A DNA stretch of 64,000 bases from the human T2T-CHM13v2.0 reference genome, Homo sapiens. The notes beneath the pieces are model-generated. The model saw nothing but the letters and a program-made list of their open reading frames with translations. It had not been told where the DNA came from and did no database searches. The stretch is taken from the NCBI RefSeq assembly GCF_009914755.1, contig NC_060948.1, one strand, 5' to 3'. This document shows positions 44,590-58,583 of this stretch, in pieces. The position numbers and the translations under genes were made by a program. How positions within the stretch are numbered: the stretch's first letter is position 1; each line of letters starts with the position of its first letter.

Positions 44590-45530
44590 CATGCAAAGAC
44601 TCACAAGGATTCTCTACCAGACCAAACTTTGGTGCGGCCTCTTTGAACCCTCTTTTTCACCTGGCCTTGTTGTTGCTCCATGCCTGCTCTGTAGCCTGTT
44701 AGCTTAGTTTTAGCAATGAATACTGCAAAAACAGTTCATCAAGAATCTTCACTCCCCTACTCTTGATCTCCAATTAAGCTCCTCTTCCTGTACCCCTGAT
44801 GCCTTGCCAAGTTCCTCTGAGTAAGTTTCCATCCAACCTCTCACTCTACCTGTTGGCTATTTTGATGTAATACCCCAAAATATGGCATTCTGATGTGCTG
44901 AAGTGATGAAGCTTCGAGGTCTTTCTGACCTTCCACACACACTGTGTCTCCCAAAGAAGCAGAAGTTCCTTTAGCTGCTAAGATCCAGTCCCACAAAGGA
45001 GAACAAATGTTTTTACTTCCACTCCAAATTATCTCATTGTCTATTGCAGAAAGGAAAACCAAGATGTGACCACACCCAAGCAGACCTTACTTGACAAGTA
45101 TAATGACTGTCTCCAAGGATCATTCAAATTTCAAAAAGAAGTACCCTATCAATCATTTATTTCTCCACAATAGATTTCCTCTTCTCCTCTACCCATTATC
45201 TGTTTTAGTAGGATCCAAGTCCCCATTCTTTCTATAACCTCAAGATGGTGTAATAAGCTTCTAAACGTCATTGTGTGTTTTGGTCTTCATTCAAAAGGAA
45301 TGAAGGAATATACACATTAAATAAATCTGGATGCCTTTCAGAAAATCTGCCTCATGTCAGTGATTTTTCAACAAACCTTTAAGGGACCAGGAGTCTTGCC
45401 CCCCACACTATCTGTCCCTTAATGCTAGTACATTCAGAATTGAGTTCTATTTCTATCCGCTACTGAAATAGTCTTGATCCCTCTTGCAACAACTTTGAGT
45501 AAAGGCTTCCTTGCCATTTTTAATAAGTGT
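44590..45530 (+). mobile_element. MER31/MER67-like LTR, interrupted by a MER39-like LTR
   Basis: gaccaaacttt...ttagttttagcaa.gaat.ctg; resumes cagaattgagttc...gtaaaggcttccttgcc after 45408. Confidence 0.55.
44851..45407 (+). mobile_element. MER39/MER34-like solo LTR
   Basis: taccccaaaatatggca.t.tga..tgctgaa; tctgcctcatgtcagtgatttttca; TG..CA ends; TSD ctacc/ctatc. Confidence 0.75.
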
Positions 45531-45547
45531 GAAATATATATATATAT

Positions 45548-45835
<288 letters not shown>

Positions 45836-46625
45836 TAAAGTGATCTCATACTCAGTGTCCCCCAAGCCCTGTCAGATACAAACTCATATGCTCCCACAGG
45901 CTTTGGCACAATCTCACTGAAACAATTAATCAAATCATAGACTGTTGTACCCCAAAATTGTGAAATGCACACAAAACAAAAGCAACATGAGGGAGAGACT
46001 GCAGGGATAACAAGCAAATACACAGTCTTCAAATACCTGCATGAATACACACAGATTTTTTTAAATGCATATGTGATACCAAAAAAAATCCACTGATCAT
46101 GACCATAATTTAAAGTTATTATAATTTTTAAAATCTTGATACTGACAGAGCAGGAGCATCACCATCCTATAGAAGCCCTTCATTCTAAAGTTCACCTTAA
46201 TAAAAAATCTCTTAAATCTAAAGGATATCAGGCTAATGGCTAAGGTCAGCACAACCATAAACTACAAACAACATCTCCAACCAGAAACGTTCCAAATTCT
46301 TCCCCGACCAGAAACATGCTAGCCCTGAGATAAACCCCATTCTGGCTGGGAAGATGTCTGCCCCAAGAGAACCCCACTCTGGACCGGATAGATGTCTGTC
46401 CTTCCTCCAAGAGAAACTCCAACCCTGCCATAAACTCCTCCCCATACATTCCAAGCTTATGATAAGCCCCCTTGCCCCAAAACCAATATATGCTCTTAGT
46501 CTGTAAGAAAGTGCTACTGATGGAGATCAGCCAGGAGCCCCTCTCAGGTTTTATCTGAAGAAAACCTGCCTTTAACTGCCAAACCATGTTTCATATTTTT
46601 TTCCTCTTTCTTTAACTTTTACATT

Positions 46626-46643
46626 TGGTGCTGAAATCCAGCT
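46626..46643 (+). other. Primer-binding site, tRNA-Phe-like
   Basis: TGGTGCTGAAATCCAGCT versus TGGTGCCGAAACCCGGGA, the complement of the tRNA-Phe 3' end; directly after the 5' LTR. Confidence 0.75.
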
Positions 46644-47146
46644 GTGTATTAGGGGCAGAAGCTCTCCTGCAACCCAGGAAGCAGTCGGCAAAAGCAGCTC
46701 CTCCTGAGTTAATTGCTACCCTGTCTTTTCTCTCACTTCACTTTCTCTCTCTCTCTCTCTCCTCTCTCCTCACTCTCTTTCCTCTCTCCTCTCTCTCTTT
46801 TCTCTCTCCCTCTCCCTCTCCCTCCCTCTCTCCCCCTCCCCTCATGCAGCTTCAGCTGAAGAGGAGCTTTGCTGATTCCCTCCAGAACATCCAACAACAT
46901 ACACTAATCCAGATCCAGCTGGTAAGATCTGCCCTCCCCTGACTTTCCTGTGATATCCAGGAAAAGTAAGTTCTGCCATCTGGTCCTCAGTGAACAAGGC
47001 GGACTAAACCAGAGGAAATCTTGGGGACGTCCAGTTTCTTCTCAGCTGGACTGTCCTCTTAGAAAGAGGATTCTGGGTCTCTGTCTTTTCTCTGTAACTG
47101 CATAGAAAAAAAGCAAGACACTTTTGGCTTTTTCTCACCAGTCCAT

Positions 47147-47728
47147 ATGGGTGCCAAACAATCCCACATTCCTACATCCTCTCCACTTTGCTGTCTCCTT
47201 CACAACCTTGCCAAACTTGGCTTAAGCATTTAGTCTTATACTATAATATGGCTTGACCCCAATACACAGTGGATAATGGCAGCTGATAAACCAAAATTGG
47301 TGCCTTTAACTTGCAAATTCTCAGGGACCTTTACCAGGGATGACAAATGACAAGAGTTTCTCTACATTCAGGTTTTCTTCTACTTCTACCTTAAATCCTA
47401 CCCCTCCCTGTGTCAAGCTTGCAACTCTCATAAAGTCTTTCTGCTTAATAAAAATGTGCCCTGGGCCTCTCCTTCCTCCAAAATTCCTTTTGACCCTGCA
47501 GATGAACCCACTCTGTATTATTATCCCCCTGCATCTGCTCCTCATCTGTCTGAACCCTCTGCCATGGTGGCCCTTCCTGCCTCCAAGCCTTCAGCCCCAA
47601 ACTCCACTCCTCCTCCTTCTCCACCTGTTACCCATTCAAAAACCACCTCTGCCATTCTCTCTCTGGGAGTTAAAGGCAATACTTGCATTCGTGTCCATTT
47701 CTCCACATCTGAGTTGCTGCAGATCAAA
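47147..47728 (+). pseudogene. gag: ERV gag remnant (matrix, Pro-rich region, start of capsid)
   Basis: MGAKQSHIPTSSPLCCLLHNLAKLGL (myristoylation-type MG start); A*PQYTVDNGS..GAFNLQILRDL; Pro-rich PSAPNSTPPPSPP; stops and frameshifts. Confidence 0.8.
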
Positions 47729-50700
47729 GCTGTAAGTATATTCAAATGGCCTTTATATTTTCTCTTCATCAATCTTGTTTTTCTGGAAAAGGTTTTTTCC
47801 CAATTAACTAAATTACTTCTCCCCACTCTATCTTGTCACTCTTGGAGCATGTATAAAAAACCCTAAAATGACTTCTGGTGGCCTGGGGTCCTTGGAAAAA
47901 CAGAAAAGGCGCCACAAATCCTATTTTAAGAAAAAAAAATCTGTTTTTCTTATGGAACTCCATGAATTCAACGTAAATAAGTACCCCTCAAAATCTGTCT
48001 TTGTCTTTTAGCTATACTTGTTTATTAGGTCCTGGAAGCCATTTTCATAGCCCTGTTCTTAAAGGGCCTCACCAGAATTCCACTATTCTAATTGGGAAAT
48101 TAGCAGAAAAAAAAATCTTATATCCACTGAATCTTCTTTTGGTTGTCCATGTGGCTATGTATGTGTTATCTGTGCAATATCTATTAAAAGAGCTCTAATT
48201 AATTGGCCTAAGAAAAATAAGCACTTAAATATTTTTAAGGAAAAGGTAAAAGCTGTGGGACCTTTCAGTTCCCATGACTTTAATCTTTAAAACGTACTGT
48301 TACAGTAAAGTTAGAAGTGTCTTAAAAGTTGCCAGCATCTATTCTTTTTTGCATTTGTTAATCAGGCAAATTCATAATTATGGCTGCCAAATACAATAAC
48401 ATGTCAAAATTTGACAGAGAGGCTACAAAACTATAACTCAGCCCAACCAAATAATCTTTGCTTGTATAATTTTTAACAAGTAAAACATTAATATTGTTTT
48501 AATGAAGATAGCTACATCTTAAACTATATAGTAAAATACCTTAACTTCTAATCTTGTGGCCTTAGTCAGTCTAGTCCACAAATGTGAAGGAAGTTTGTTT
48601 TGGAAAAGAGCTTTTATCATCTTGAGCATTAAAGAAAACAGAATTTGTATAAAAAAGAATCTTATATGGTAAATTCTTGTCCTAAAGCAAGTTAACTTGT
48701 TGTTTAAAGAAAAGTGTGTTTACAACAAGTCAGAAAGTTGAGGCATGTCAGAGATTGTCTGTGAAACTTGTAAATAAGTTTATAAAACAGAATTTATGCC
48801 AAAAATGTTGTACAATTTAAAAATTAATAGGTCTCCTGAATGCTTTATAAAATGTCATTATATCACTTAGCTGTACAACTTGTCTGCATTGAAGCAAGGT
48901 AAAACTTAGGACACATTAAATGCTGGGATAAGCCAGACTTTATCTGCACTTCTGTCTAGGTCCTAGGCTCTACAGCTAGAACATAATTAGATCCCAAACT
49001 TATCAATGTTATTAACAAAGGTAAATGTTGCTAAAAGTTAACAGCATAACATGCATTTAAAACTATTGAACAGACAATTTATAAGCAAGGTGTGTAAGGA
49101 AAGTAAAACACACTTTTGGTAAAAAAATTGTAGGGAAGCATAAGAATGTGGATTGTTACTTACTTTAAAAGGTTAAAGAATTGTTTTGAAGGTTTAAGCA
49201 ATTTTGGAACATTAATTGTAAAGAAAATTCTGTGTGTAAACATATTGGCTAAAGTTAAAGGGGTATCATCCAGTTTTTCTGTAAATTGAGCATTAAAAGC
49301 ACAACAGGTTTTTCTAACCTGTTCTTTAACAAAATTATAAAGGGTTAAAAATAGTCTATAAAAATCTTACTTCATGGTCAGACATTAATATTGGGTAAAT
49401 GCATATAAAGGTTTTATTAGAAATTGAGTTTAACATTAATAGCACACTAATATAAAGGTAAAATCTGGCTTATTTGGTATAAAATCACACAGGAAACATT
49501 GTAGAATATAAAATGATGTTTGGCTTTCTTTGGGCTATTTTTGTATAAATACGTTTTGGTATGTGTCCCAAACTTATGGAGACTCCTATAATTCTGATAC
49601 ATCTTACTGGGAATTATCAGTATTAATTATAATTGTTATGTTAAAATTATTGTGTGCCACAGAGGTAGCAGATATCCTTGTCACTTGTGTCTTTAACTAT
49701 GGCTATCCTACAACTTTTTGTTATCCATAAACAATTGTTGTCTTGTTTTGGTACTCTTTAAAAGGTGGTTTAATAGTTAGCTGTGAAGTTCTAACAGGTG
49801 CTCTTCAATGCAGGTTTCTGATAATTTTGGAGAATGTAACATCAGAATAGAAGAAAAACTTTCAGGACTTTGAAGAGCTAAAATGTTAATTAATATCAAG
49901 CAGGACAGGAATTAACTGCATGAATTTTACTAATGGGAGACTGAAGTAATCTTTTTAATGCTTTGCTAATCCTTTATTTTGCTTTCCAAAGTCAAAAAAA
50001 ATTTTTTGGGCTATTAATAGCTTTTAACAATTTAGTATATTCCCATAAACAAAATTTGGAGCAACTTTTTCTCTCTACCTGATTTTCTCTTGAATTTGGA
50101 GACTATCTGTGAGTATTTTTAAGTTATGGTAATACAGTTATTTGCATACATGCAATATGGATCTGTTTTCATTTGCAACGGGACACAATTGGAGAAACTG
50201 GTTATTGTACCAAGACTTTGACTGAAATTGTGTGCTTTCCTTAAAGGCATCAAACTTGGCTTTATGAAGCTAATAAAGCCTTTGGAAAACTTGCCTAATA
50301 TTTCGTGTACACAGTCCCTGTACAGGGTTTCTGATTTGTGGGAAATAAAGAATGTCACTTTCTAGCAGGCCGGGAACCTCAAGTTATCTTGGGACCTCAA
50401 GAGGAGAGGAATTCACCCAACTCATAGGTATTTGATGGTACAAATCCATGTCTGGGCTTGGCTTTAAAAAGTTCTTATCTCAGATCCCTTCTACGGAACA
50501 AAGTTCCATCAAAGCCAATATGAAGGGCCTATATAACAAATAATTATTCTTGCTGCACTATATGCAAATAAGCCAAGTATAATAAACCAAATCAGTCTGA
50601 CAATGATTTGTCTTTTAATAAAAATGGGAAACTGGAGAGAGAAAATTATGTTTCAGAAACTATAGCCACACCTGTTGTTAAACCCTAGTATTGCCTAATA

Positions 50701-50971
50701 TTTCTCAGTTTCTATTATATTCTATCATTTAAATTAAATTCTATTTTTTTTTCTGGCTACAAGTTTCCAAAATAAACTGTGCTTTTTTTTAAAGCCCTAT
50801 GAACTGAAAATTAGATGTTTCAGCAGGTGCTGCCTCTAAGCCCTTCGAGTATCACAAGAGGAAATGTATTCACTACTGGTGCTGATAACTAATAACTGAG
50901 GATGCCCAGAATCCTTCGCCCCCTCATCTAGTGAGTCAATGGAACCCAGTGTAATTAAGACAATATCTGTT

Positions 50972-51022
50972 ACAGGAGTAAACTCCTGAATACATCACGC
51001 TTGAGTCAAAGCCTGGAAAGCT
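50972..51022 (+). pseudogene. pol: ERV pol integrase C-terminal remnant
   Basis: TGVNS*IHHA*VKAWKA, resembling the gammaretroviral SWIHHSRVKAW motif. Confidence 0.6.
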
Positions 51023-51412
51023 GTTGAAGCAACCTCTGGCAGCCCAAAGGAATGTCCTAAATATCAATGTAAATAAGCAGAAAATCATAAAAAAAAAAAG
51101 TAACTGAGAACTACTCATCTTACTCAGTCCTACCCCTTCCTCACCAACACTTTTTGTCATTTCTACTTCTATTTTTAAGCCAGATATTAAAACTTTTTCA
51201 TGAAAATTATTTACTACACCACCGTTGTGGGAAGTGCTTTACTCACTCTACTGTTTGCAGTAGGACTATATATATATATATTGTAGCACCCTCAGGATGG
51301 AATATCATACAGAAAATCTCAATTACTGTAGCATTTTGTTTAATTATTTTTTTCACAGCAAGAATAATGGTTACTAACAGAAAATAACACATGAGCCTTT
51401 CTAAACATGCAC

Positions 51413-51660
51413 CTCTGCCTTTCATTTTGTAAGGAATGTTGTTTCTGTATCAACATATTGGGCCTAGTAGAAAACTTAAAGAAAAGGCTTAAAAGCTAAG
51501 GGAGTGCCAAAACAACCAAATGAATTCTTGGTTTGGGAACAAAATCATAGCATGCATCATCTCTTTCCTGGGTCTTCTCCTAATAATATGCCTAGGCCTA
51601 ACATTCTTACCCTGCCTATTTAACCTTTTTCAAATATTTTTAACTAACAGGATCATGGCC
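51413..51660 (+). pseudogene. env: ERV env TM-subunit remnant
   Basis: CX6CC motif (C-LSFCKE-CC, 51416-51442), then SWFGNKIIACIISFLGLLLIICLGLTFLPCLFN, a membrane anchor. Confidence 0.8.
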
Positions 51661-52941
51661 CTTTCATAGACAACCATCCAAAAATATCTGCAGATGGCAT
51701 TGCTCCTACAGTCAACCAGAGACTGGGGGACTCTCTGCTCCTCATCAGCAGGAAGTTGCCAGTAAGAACACATCATCCTTTTTATAACCATAGGGTCTGG
51801 GTTGACAGAGCAGGAGCATCACCATCTTAGACAAGCCCCTCATTCTGAAGTTCACTTTAATAAAAAAACACCTATATTCAAAAGGCATCAGCCTAATGGC
51901 TATGGTCAGCATGACCAGGAACCACAAATAAGATCAAACCAGAAACATTCCGAACTCCTCCTTGTCCAGAGACATGCTAGACCCAAGAGAAACCTGGTTC
52001 TGGGCTGGAAAGATGTCTGCCCCAGGATAACCTCCCTGCCTCTCAGAGAGATTCCAACCTTGCCATAATCTTCTCCCCACACGTAAACATTCCAAACTTG
52101 TGACAAGCCCTGTCACCTTAAAACCAATATATACTCTTAGTCTGTAAGAGAAAGCACTCCTGGCTAAAATCAGCCATTTCTCCTGGCTAAAATCAGCCAG
52201 GAGCCCTTCTCAGCTTTTATCTAAAGAAAACTTGACTTTAACTGCCAATCGGTATTTCATGTTTCTTCCCTCTTTAACTCTTAACAGATACATCATGGTG
52301 CATATCCATTTAGAGTGTTAAACTGGATGTAACAAAAGTTGTATTCAAGAAACCCAGTTTGTCATGGGAAGCTTCAAATAGATTTTAATTTGGACATACA
52401 GGAATCCAGCGTTTAACTTTTTTCTTACTCTTGTACATTTATTTTATTATTGGTGTTTTCTGTTATAAAAGTAACTATTGTTGGTAAATTTATATCGATA
52501 TCCCTACCATTTTCCTTTAATGTGCTATACAATATTATTTTTTATACAGGTGAGCATGGGTAATTGTGTTAAGTTGTTTTATTGCTGCTGTAAGATGTTA
52601 TCACAAGCCTGATGACTTAAAAAAACACAAATCTGTTTCTCTGTGGACATACAAGCCAGAAGTCAGAAATAAGCCTTACTGGGCTAACATCACAGTGTCC
52701 ACATAGCTTCAAGAGGCTCTAGGGTATAACTCCTTTTCTTCTGTTGTTGAGTGTGCGTGTGTGTGTGTGTGCATGTGGGTGTGTGTTTTAACCATGTGGA
52801 AATACAATCTCAACAAGGGTACTGTAGAATAGGTTGTACTGAGTAATAGAAAAATTAATAATCTTACTAATTGAGCTGAGGAATTGTCCCAAAACATACA
52901 AACATACACGTTGTGTGTATATGTGTGTATTTTTTAAGGGC

Positions 52942-52965
52942 AAGAAAGAAAGAAGAAAGAAAGAG

Positions 52966-53020
<55 letters not shown>

Positions 53021-53171
53021 GAAAGGAGAGAGAGAAAGAAAGAGAGAGAGAAAGAAAGAAAGAGAGAGAGGAAGAAAGAAAGAGAGAGAAAGAAAGAAAG
53101 AGAGAGAAAGAAAGAAAGAAAAAGAAAGAAAGAAAGAAAAAGAAAAAGAAAGAAAAGAAAGAAGGAGAAAG
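52942..53171 (+). repeat. Complex (GAAA)n/(GA)n polypurine microsatellite, ~230 bp
   Basis: Read directly; purine-only strand. Confidence 0.97.
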
Positions 53172-53654
53172 ATAGTATCAAAGGAAATAATAGTTTATCA
53201 TTTATCATAACTAGGGAAAGACAGGTGTTCTACCAAGACTGCTCACTTGGAACTGTGCAAATTAAAAAAAAAAAATCAAAGAAAGAAGCAAATCAACCCA
53301 GTTGGGCATAATTTTGTGAACCTTATTAAACCAGTACTAAAGAATAAAATCCTTAAGCTTCCAGAGCAAATACCATACACAAACACACACACACACAAAC
53401 ACCGCTTATACTACATTCAGGTGAACAATAATCCCATTGAGATTAGTTATTTCTTATATATTTTACTGAAAATAACTTTCCTATTACTACTGTAAACAGT
53501 AATCTCTCTACCTTGCCATAAATAGACATCAACAAAATATATACTATATTCTTTATTTTAAAAAATATTTTATCAAGTATCTGTAAGATCAAGGAAATAT
53601 ATATTGGTATGACAAATCCTGTGATTAAGAGTATGTCTCATCACAGTCACTGTC

Positions 53655-54017
53655 TGATATGTTTTGGCTGTGTCCCCACCAAAATCTCATCTTGAATTGA
53701 AGCTCCCACAATTCCCACATGTCATGGGAGGGACCCAATGGGAGGTAACTGAATCATGGGATTGGGTCTTTCCCATGACATTCTCAAATAATGAATAAGT
53801 CTCATGAGATCTGATGGTTTTATAAAGGGGAGTTCCTGTACATAAATTATCTTCCCTGCTACCATATAAGACATGCCTTTCCTTCTCCTTTGCTGTCTGT
53901 CATGATTGTGAGGCCTCCCCAGCCATGCTGAACTGTGAGTCCATTAAATTTCTTTCCTTTACAAATTACCCAGTCTCAAGTGTGTCTTTATTAGCAGCAT
54001 GAGAACAGACTAATACA
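53655..54017 (+). mobile_element. THE1 solo LTR
   Basis: tgatatg.tttggctgtgtccccacc...gactaataca; perfect 5-bp TSD CTGTC. Confidence 0.94.
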
Positions 54018-54018
54018 C

Positions 54019-54480
54019 TGTCATAGGCAGAAAAGTGGTCCCCAAAGATGTCGACATCATTTTCTCAGGAAACTGTGTATATGTTATGTTCCATGACTAA
54101 GGGAATTATGGTTGCAGATGGAAGTTGATAGGCTAAACTTAAAATAAAGAGGTTATCCTGCATTATCCAAGTGGGTTATACATGATCCTTAAAATTGAAA
54201 GAAGGCATAAGAGGAAGAAAACAGCCAGATGTTGCTGCCTTTGAAGACATTAGAAGGGACCATGAAAAGAGGAATAGCAGCAGCTTCTAGAAGCTGAAAT
54301 ATGCAAGGAGACAAAGTCTCCCGTATGGAGAGAACCTAGCTATTGAAACACCTTGGTTTCAGCCCAGCAACATTCATTGAGGACTCTGGACTTTCAAAAC
54401 TGTAAGATAATAAATTTTTGTTGTTATAAGACTTCAAGTTTGTGGCAATTTGTTAGAGCAGCCAGAGCAAACTACTTCCA
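54019..54480 (+). mobile_element. MLT1C/D-like LTR (THE1 inserted at its 5' end)
   Basis: aggcagaa.a.tggtccccaaagatgtc...aactgtaagataataaat...gtttgtggcaatttgtta.agcagc. Confidence 0.8.
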
Positions 54481-54837
54481 GCCCACACACATCATGCCAC
54501 AGAATTATGTACCTATCATTCCCTCCATTTATACACAATTTTGCTCCATAGACTTATATTCATTGTATATTCTTTAGTGGTTTTAACTCCACATGCTTGG
54601 GATCACATTGGGTACCCTCCTGTGGAACATGATTTTCTCCATAAGCTTTATCTGTCTGTGAGACACACAGAGACTTAGATATAGTTACGTCATTTCTCTT
54701 TAAGTCATCACTATATCATAAGTTTGTTAGCTTGTTTTTAGGAGGACAGTATATCCTACAGATGGTACATCTTCCATAGATGCCGTATTTAGACACAGTT
54801 TAGTTACTGTTAATCTCTCACCTGCTAACAGCTGCAT

Positions 54838-55834
<997 letters not shown>

Positions 55835-56498
55835 CGAGGTGAGTTCTACCCATTTTAATGCTCTCATCAACAATGTCGATAAAAATATAATCCTACATGT
55901 ATCTTTAGGAAATATAGCCAGAAGGCAAAAGAATGAGTTTATGATGTATATTTTACTTTTCAGATAATTCCAAATTGTTCTACAAAGATAATACAATAAA
56001 ACACACTCTGATTCATAGTATGTGAGTTGATGTTGTCCTCTAGGTAGACTTCATACCTGTTGTCAGATTGCTAAATACGTGCAATCTCACAGGTTTAAAA
56101 TGGTAAGGTTTTAAACTTTAGTTTTATTTTTCAAGGTACAGATGAGATTGATTATATTTTGTTTGTTGGCCATAAATATTTTATTGTCTTCAATATAGTA
56201 TTGAAACTCAAATAATATTTTATGGTTTTTTAAAATTGAGTTTTGAAGAATATAATGTATTTCACATATTTATCTTCTGATTTTTATGTTTAGGTTAATA
56301 AGCTATTTATACCCCAAATAGAAATACATTGGAAAGTGACAGGATACACTAGTATTTCTCAGCAATCTGGGACATATAGAAGCCTAAATTTTTATGCATA
56401 TAACAACTGTTAAGAGCATTTAAAGTTTTAATGTGAAAACTTAATCATTGTCTTTACTTATTTTATATTTATTTTTATTCTTTATTTAATAAATATTT

Positions 56499-56656
56499 GG
56501 CTGGGTACAGTGGCTCATGTCTGTAGTCCCAGCTATGGGGAGGCTGAGATGGGAGGCTCACTTGAGCCCAAGAGGTGGAGGCTGCAGGGAGTCATGACTG
56601 TGCTACTGTACTCCACTCTGGGCAACACAGCCAGACCCTGTGTCTTAAAAAAAAAA
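56499..56656 (+). mobile_element. Alu right monomer (FRAM/AluJ)
   Basis: Single monomer with the right-arm insertion and an A tail. Confidence 0.85.
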
Positions 56657-57446
56657 TTATATATATATATATGTAAATTCATTTAATTTGATGTCATCAA
56701 TATATTCTACATTCTTTTTTTAATATTTTAAGGTTTTATTTTACACAAGATATATCTTTTTACTTGCTTTTCTTTTTCTCCCAAAAGCAACATCTAGTCC
56801 ATTGCAGATGATATGAAAATACTTACTTCATGTCAATTTACAATGGCCCAATATTATTTTTTCCAAAGAGTATAACTGCTCATATCATTGTATCATTATA
56901 CCAGCAAATAAATGGGAAGGCACAAGATCAATTATTAAGATCTCTCTGGAAGTGAATTTTTAAGGTGTGAATTTTTTTTTTCCCTAGTATCCTGGCACTA
57001 TTTGATAAAAAAATCTTTCTTTTATCCACTGTTTTGTAATTGCATGTCTCTCACATGTTTCCTAGTTCTAGTAATAATCACTCTTATTTAACCCATCAAT
57101 ATTTAATCCCTCTGTATTCACCTTACCGTCTTCATTACTACAACTTCTGGAATCCTTGGCACACTTCTGGATAAGTTCTGATCTTTGCATTCATCTTCAG
57201 AAGACTGTTTTCTGTTCCTGTTTCAGCTAAACACAATAGATCCACTTTAATCCTAAAGTGATTGCAATGGTGTATAAATTCAGTGGACAAATGAAGGAGT
57301 AGGCTTTATGCTGACTTTCTAGGTGAGATTACCAGAAAAATTTCTATGATCACTAAAATGTATATATATTTTTTCCTTTGCTATGATTTTAAAAAGCTAA
57401 AATTCTGAGAGGCATTGTCCTCTAGTTGACATAGACAGACCCAGTA

Positions 57447-57805
57447 TGTCTCAGTTCATTCAGGCTGCTATAACAAAAACACCATAAACTGCATGGTTTA
57501 TAACCAACAGACATTTATTGCTTACAGTTCTGATGGGCAGCAGTTGAAGATTAAGGCATAGCAAATTCACTGTCTGGTGAGGACCCACTTTCTAGTTCGT
57601 ACCTGATGCCTTCTTACTGTGTCCTCACATGATGGAAGGGACAAGGGAAACCTTGGGGATGTTTTTTAATAAGGCACTAATCCCATTCACAAGGGCTTCA
57701 CTCTCATGATGTCATTACCTCCTAAATTTCCCACCTCCTGATACTTTGAAGATTAGGTTTCAACATACAAATCTAGGGGGAAACAAATGCTAAAATCCAT
57801 ATGCA
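57447..57805 (-). mobile_element. MLT1A-like LTR
   Basis: tgtctcagttcattcaggctgctataacaaaa..ccata.actg...ggcactaatcccattca..agggc. Confidence 0.85.
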
Positions 57806-58281
57806 GATTCAAATGCATGCCATACTCCACTTCCTGTTCTGCCACTCAGTAGCTACAAACAGAATTATTATAGTAATATGTACTATAATTGTTGCAGAAA
57901 AACTGAACTCACTCCTAACCATGCTAGCCTGCAGAGGCAAAAATTCCAAATGCAATTGTTTTCCTACAGCTTCATATGTTACAAGGATTTGTCTGCTTAG
58001 TGGAAACCAGATCATGTTTGGCCTCAAGTTGTAAATACAGCAACATGTAGATTTTAGAATTTTAAATAATGCAACAAAATCTATGCAGTGTTAGAAGGTG
58101 CTAGTCTTTATTAAGTGAGATAATTTGTTCTGTACTTTCCACAGGGAAATCTGTGGGGAATTTGATAGCACATATGTGTGATTTAAAATGACATTAAAGA
58201 GGTAGGATTTTCTTAAACATGACTAATTCATATGCTACACAATATAGAATCTTATTTTTCTCCTCAGGTTTTTGTATGGGC

Positions 58282-58583
<302 letters not shown>

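Larger units (their letters stand above)
46143..52286 (+). mobile_element. Complete non-autonomous ERV1 provirus (MER83-like): 5'LTR 46143-46623, internal region 46624-51802, 3'LTR 51803-52286
   Basis: Direct-repeat LTRs TGACAGAGCAGGAGCATC..ACA; 5-bp TSD GATAC (46138-46142, 52287-52291); PBS; gag, integrase and env remnants. Confidence 0.93.

Noticed and set aside
46290-46420. Short spaced repeats resembling a CRISPR array
   Set aside because: These are degenerate U3 tandem units of the LTR in eukaryotic DNA; there are no unique spacers or cas genes.
47340-47866. Pro-rich overlapping ORFs as a domesticated gag gene
   Set aside because: The gag matrix has in-frame stops and the capsid is deleted; these are remnants only.
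51413-51660. Syncytin-like env gene
   Set aside because: Only the TM C-terminal end remains, frameshifted; no SU, furin site, fusion peptide or ISD seen.
52867-53311. K/E/R-rich and F/L/S-rich ORFs
   Set aside because: Translations of the GAAA microsatellite.
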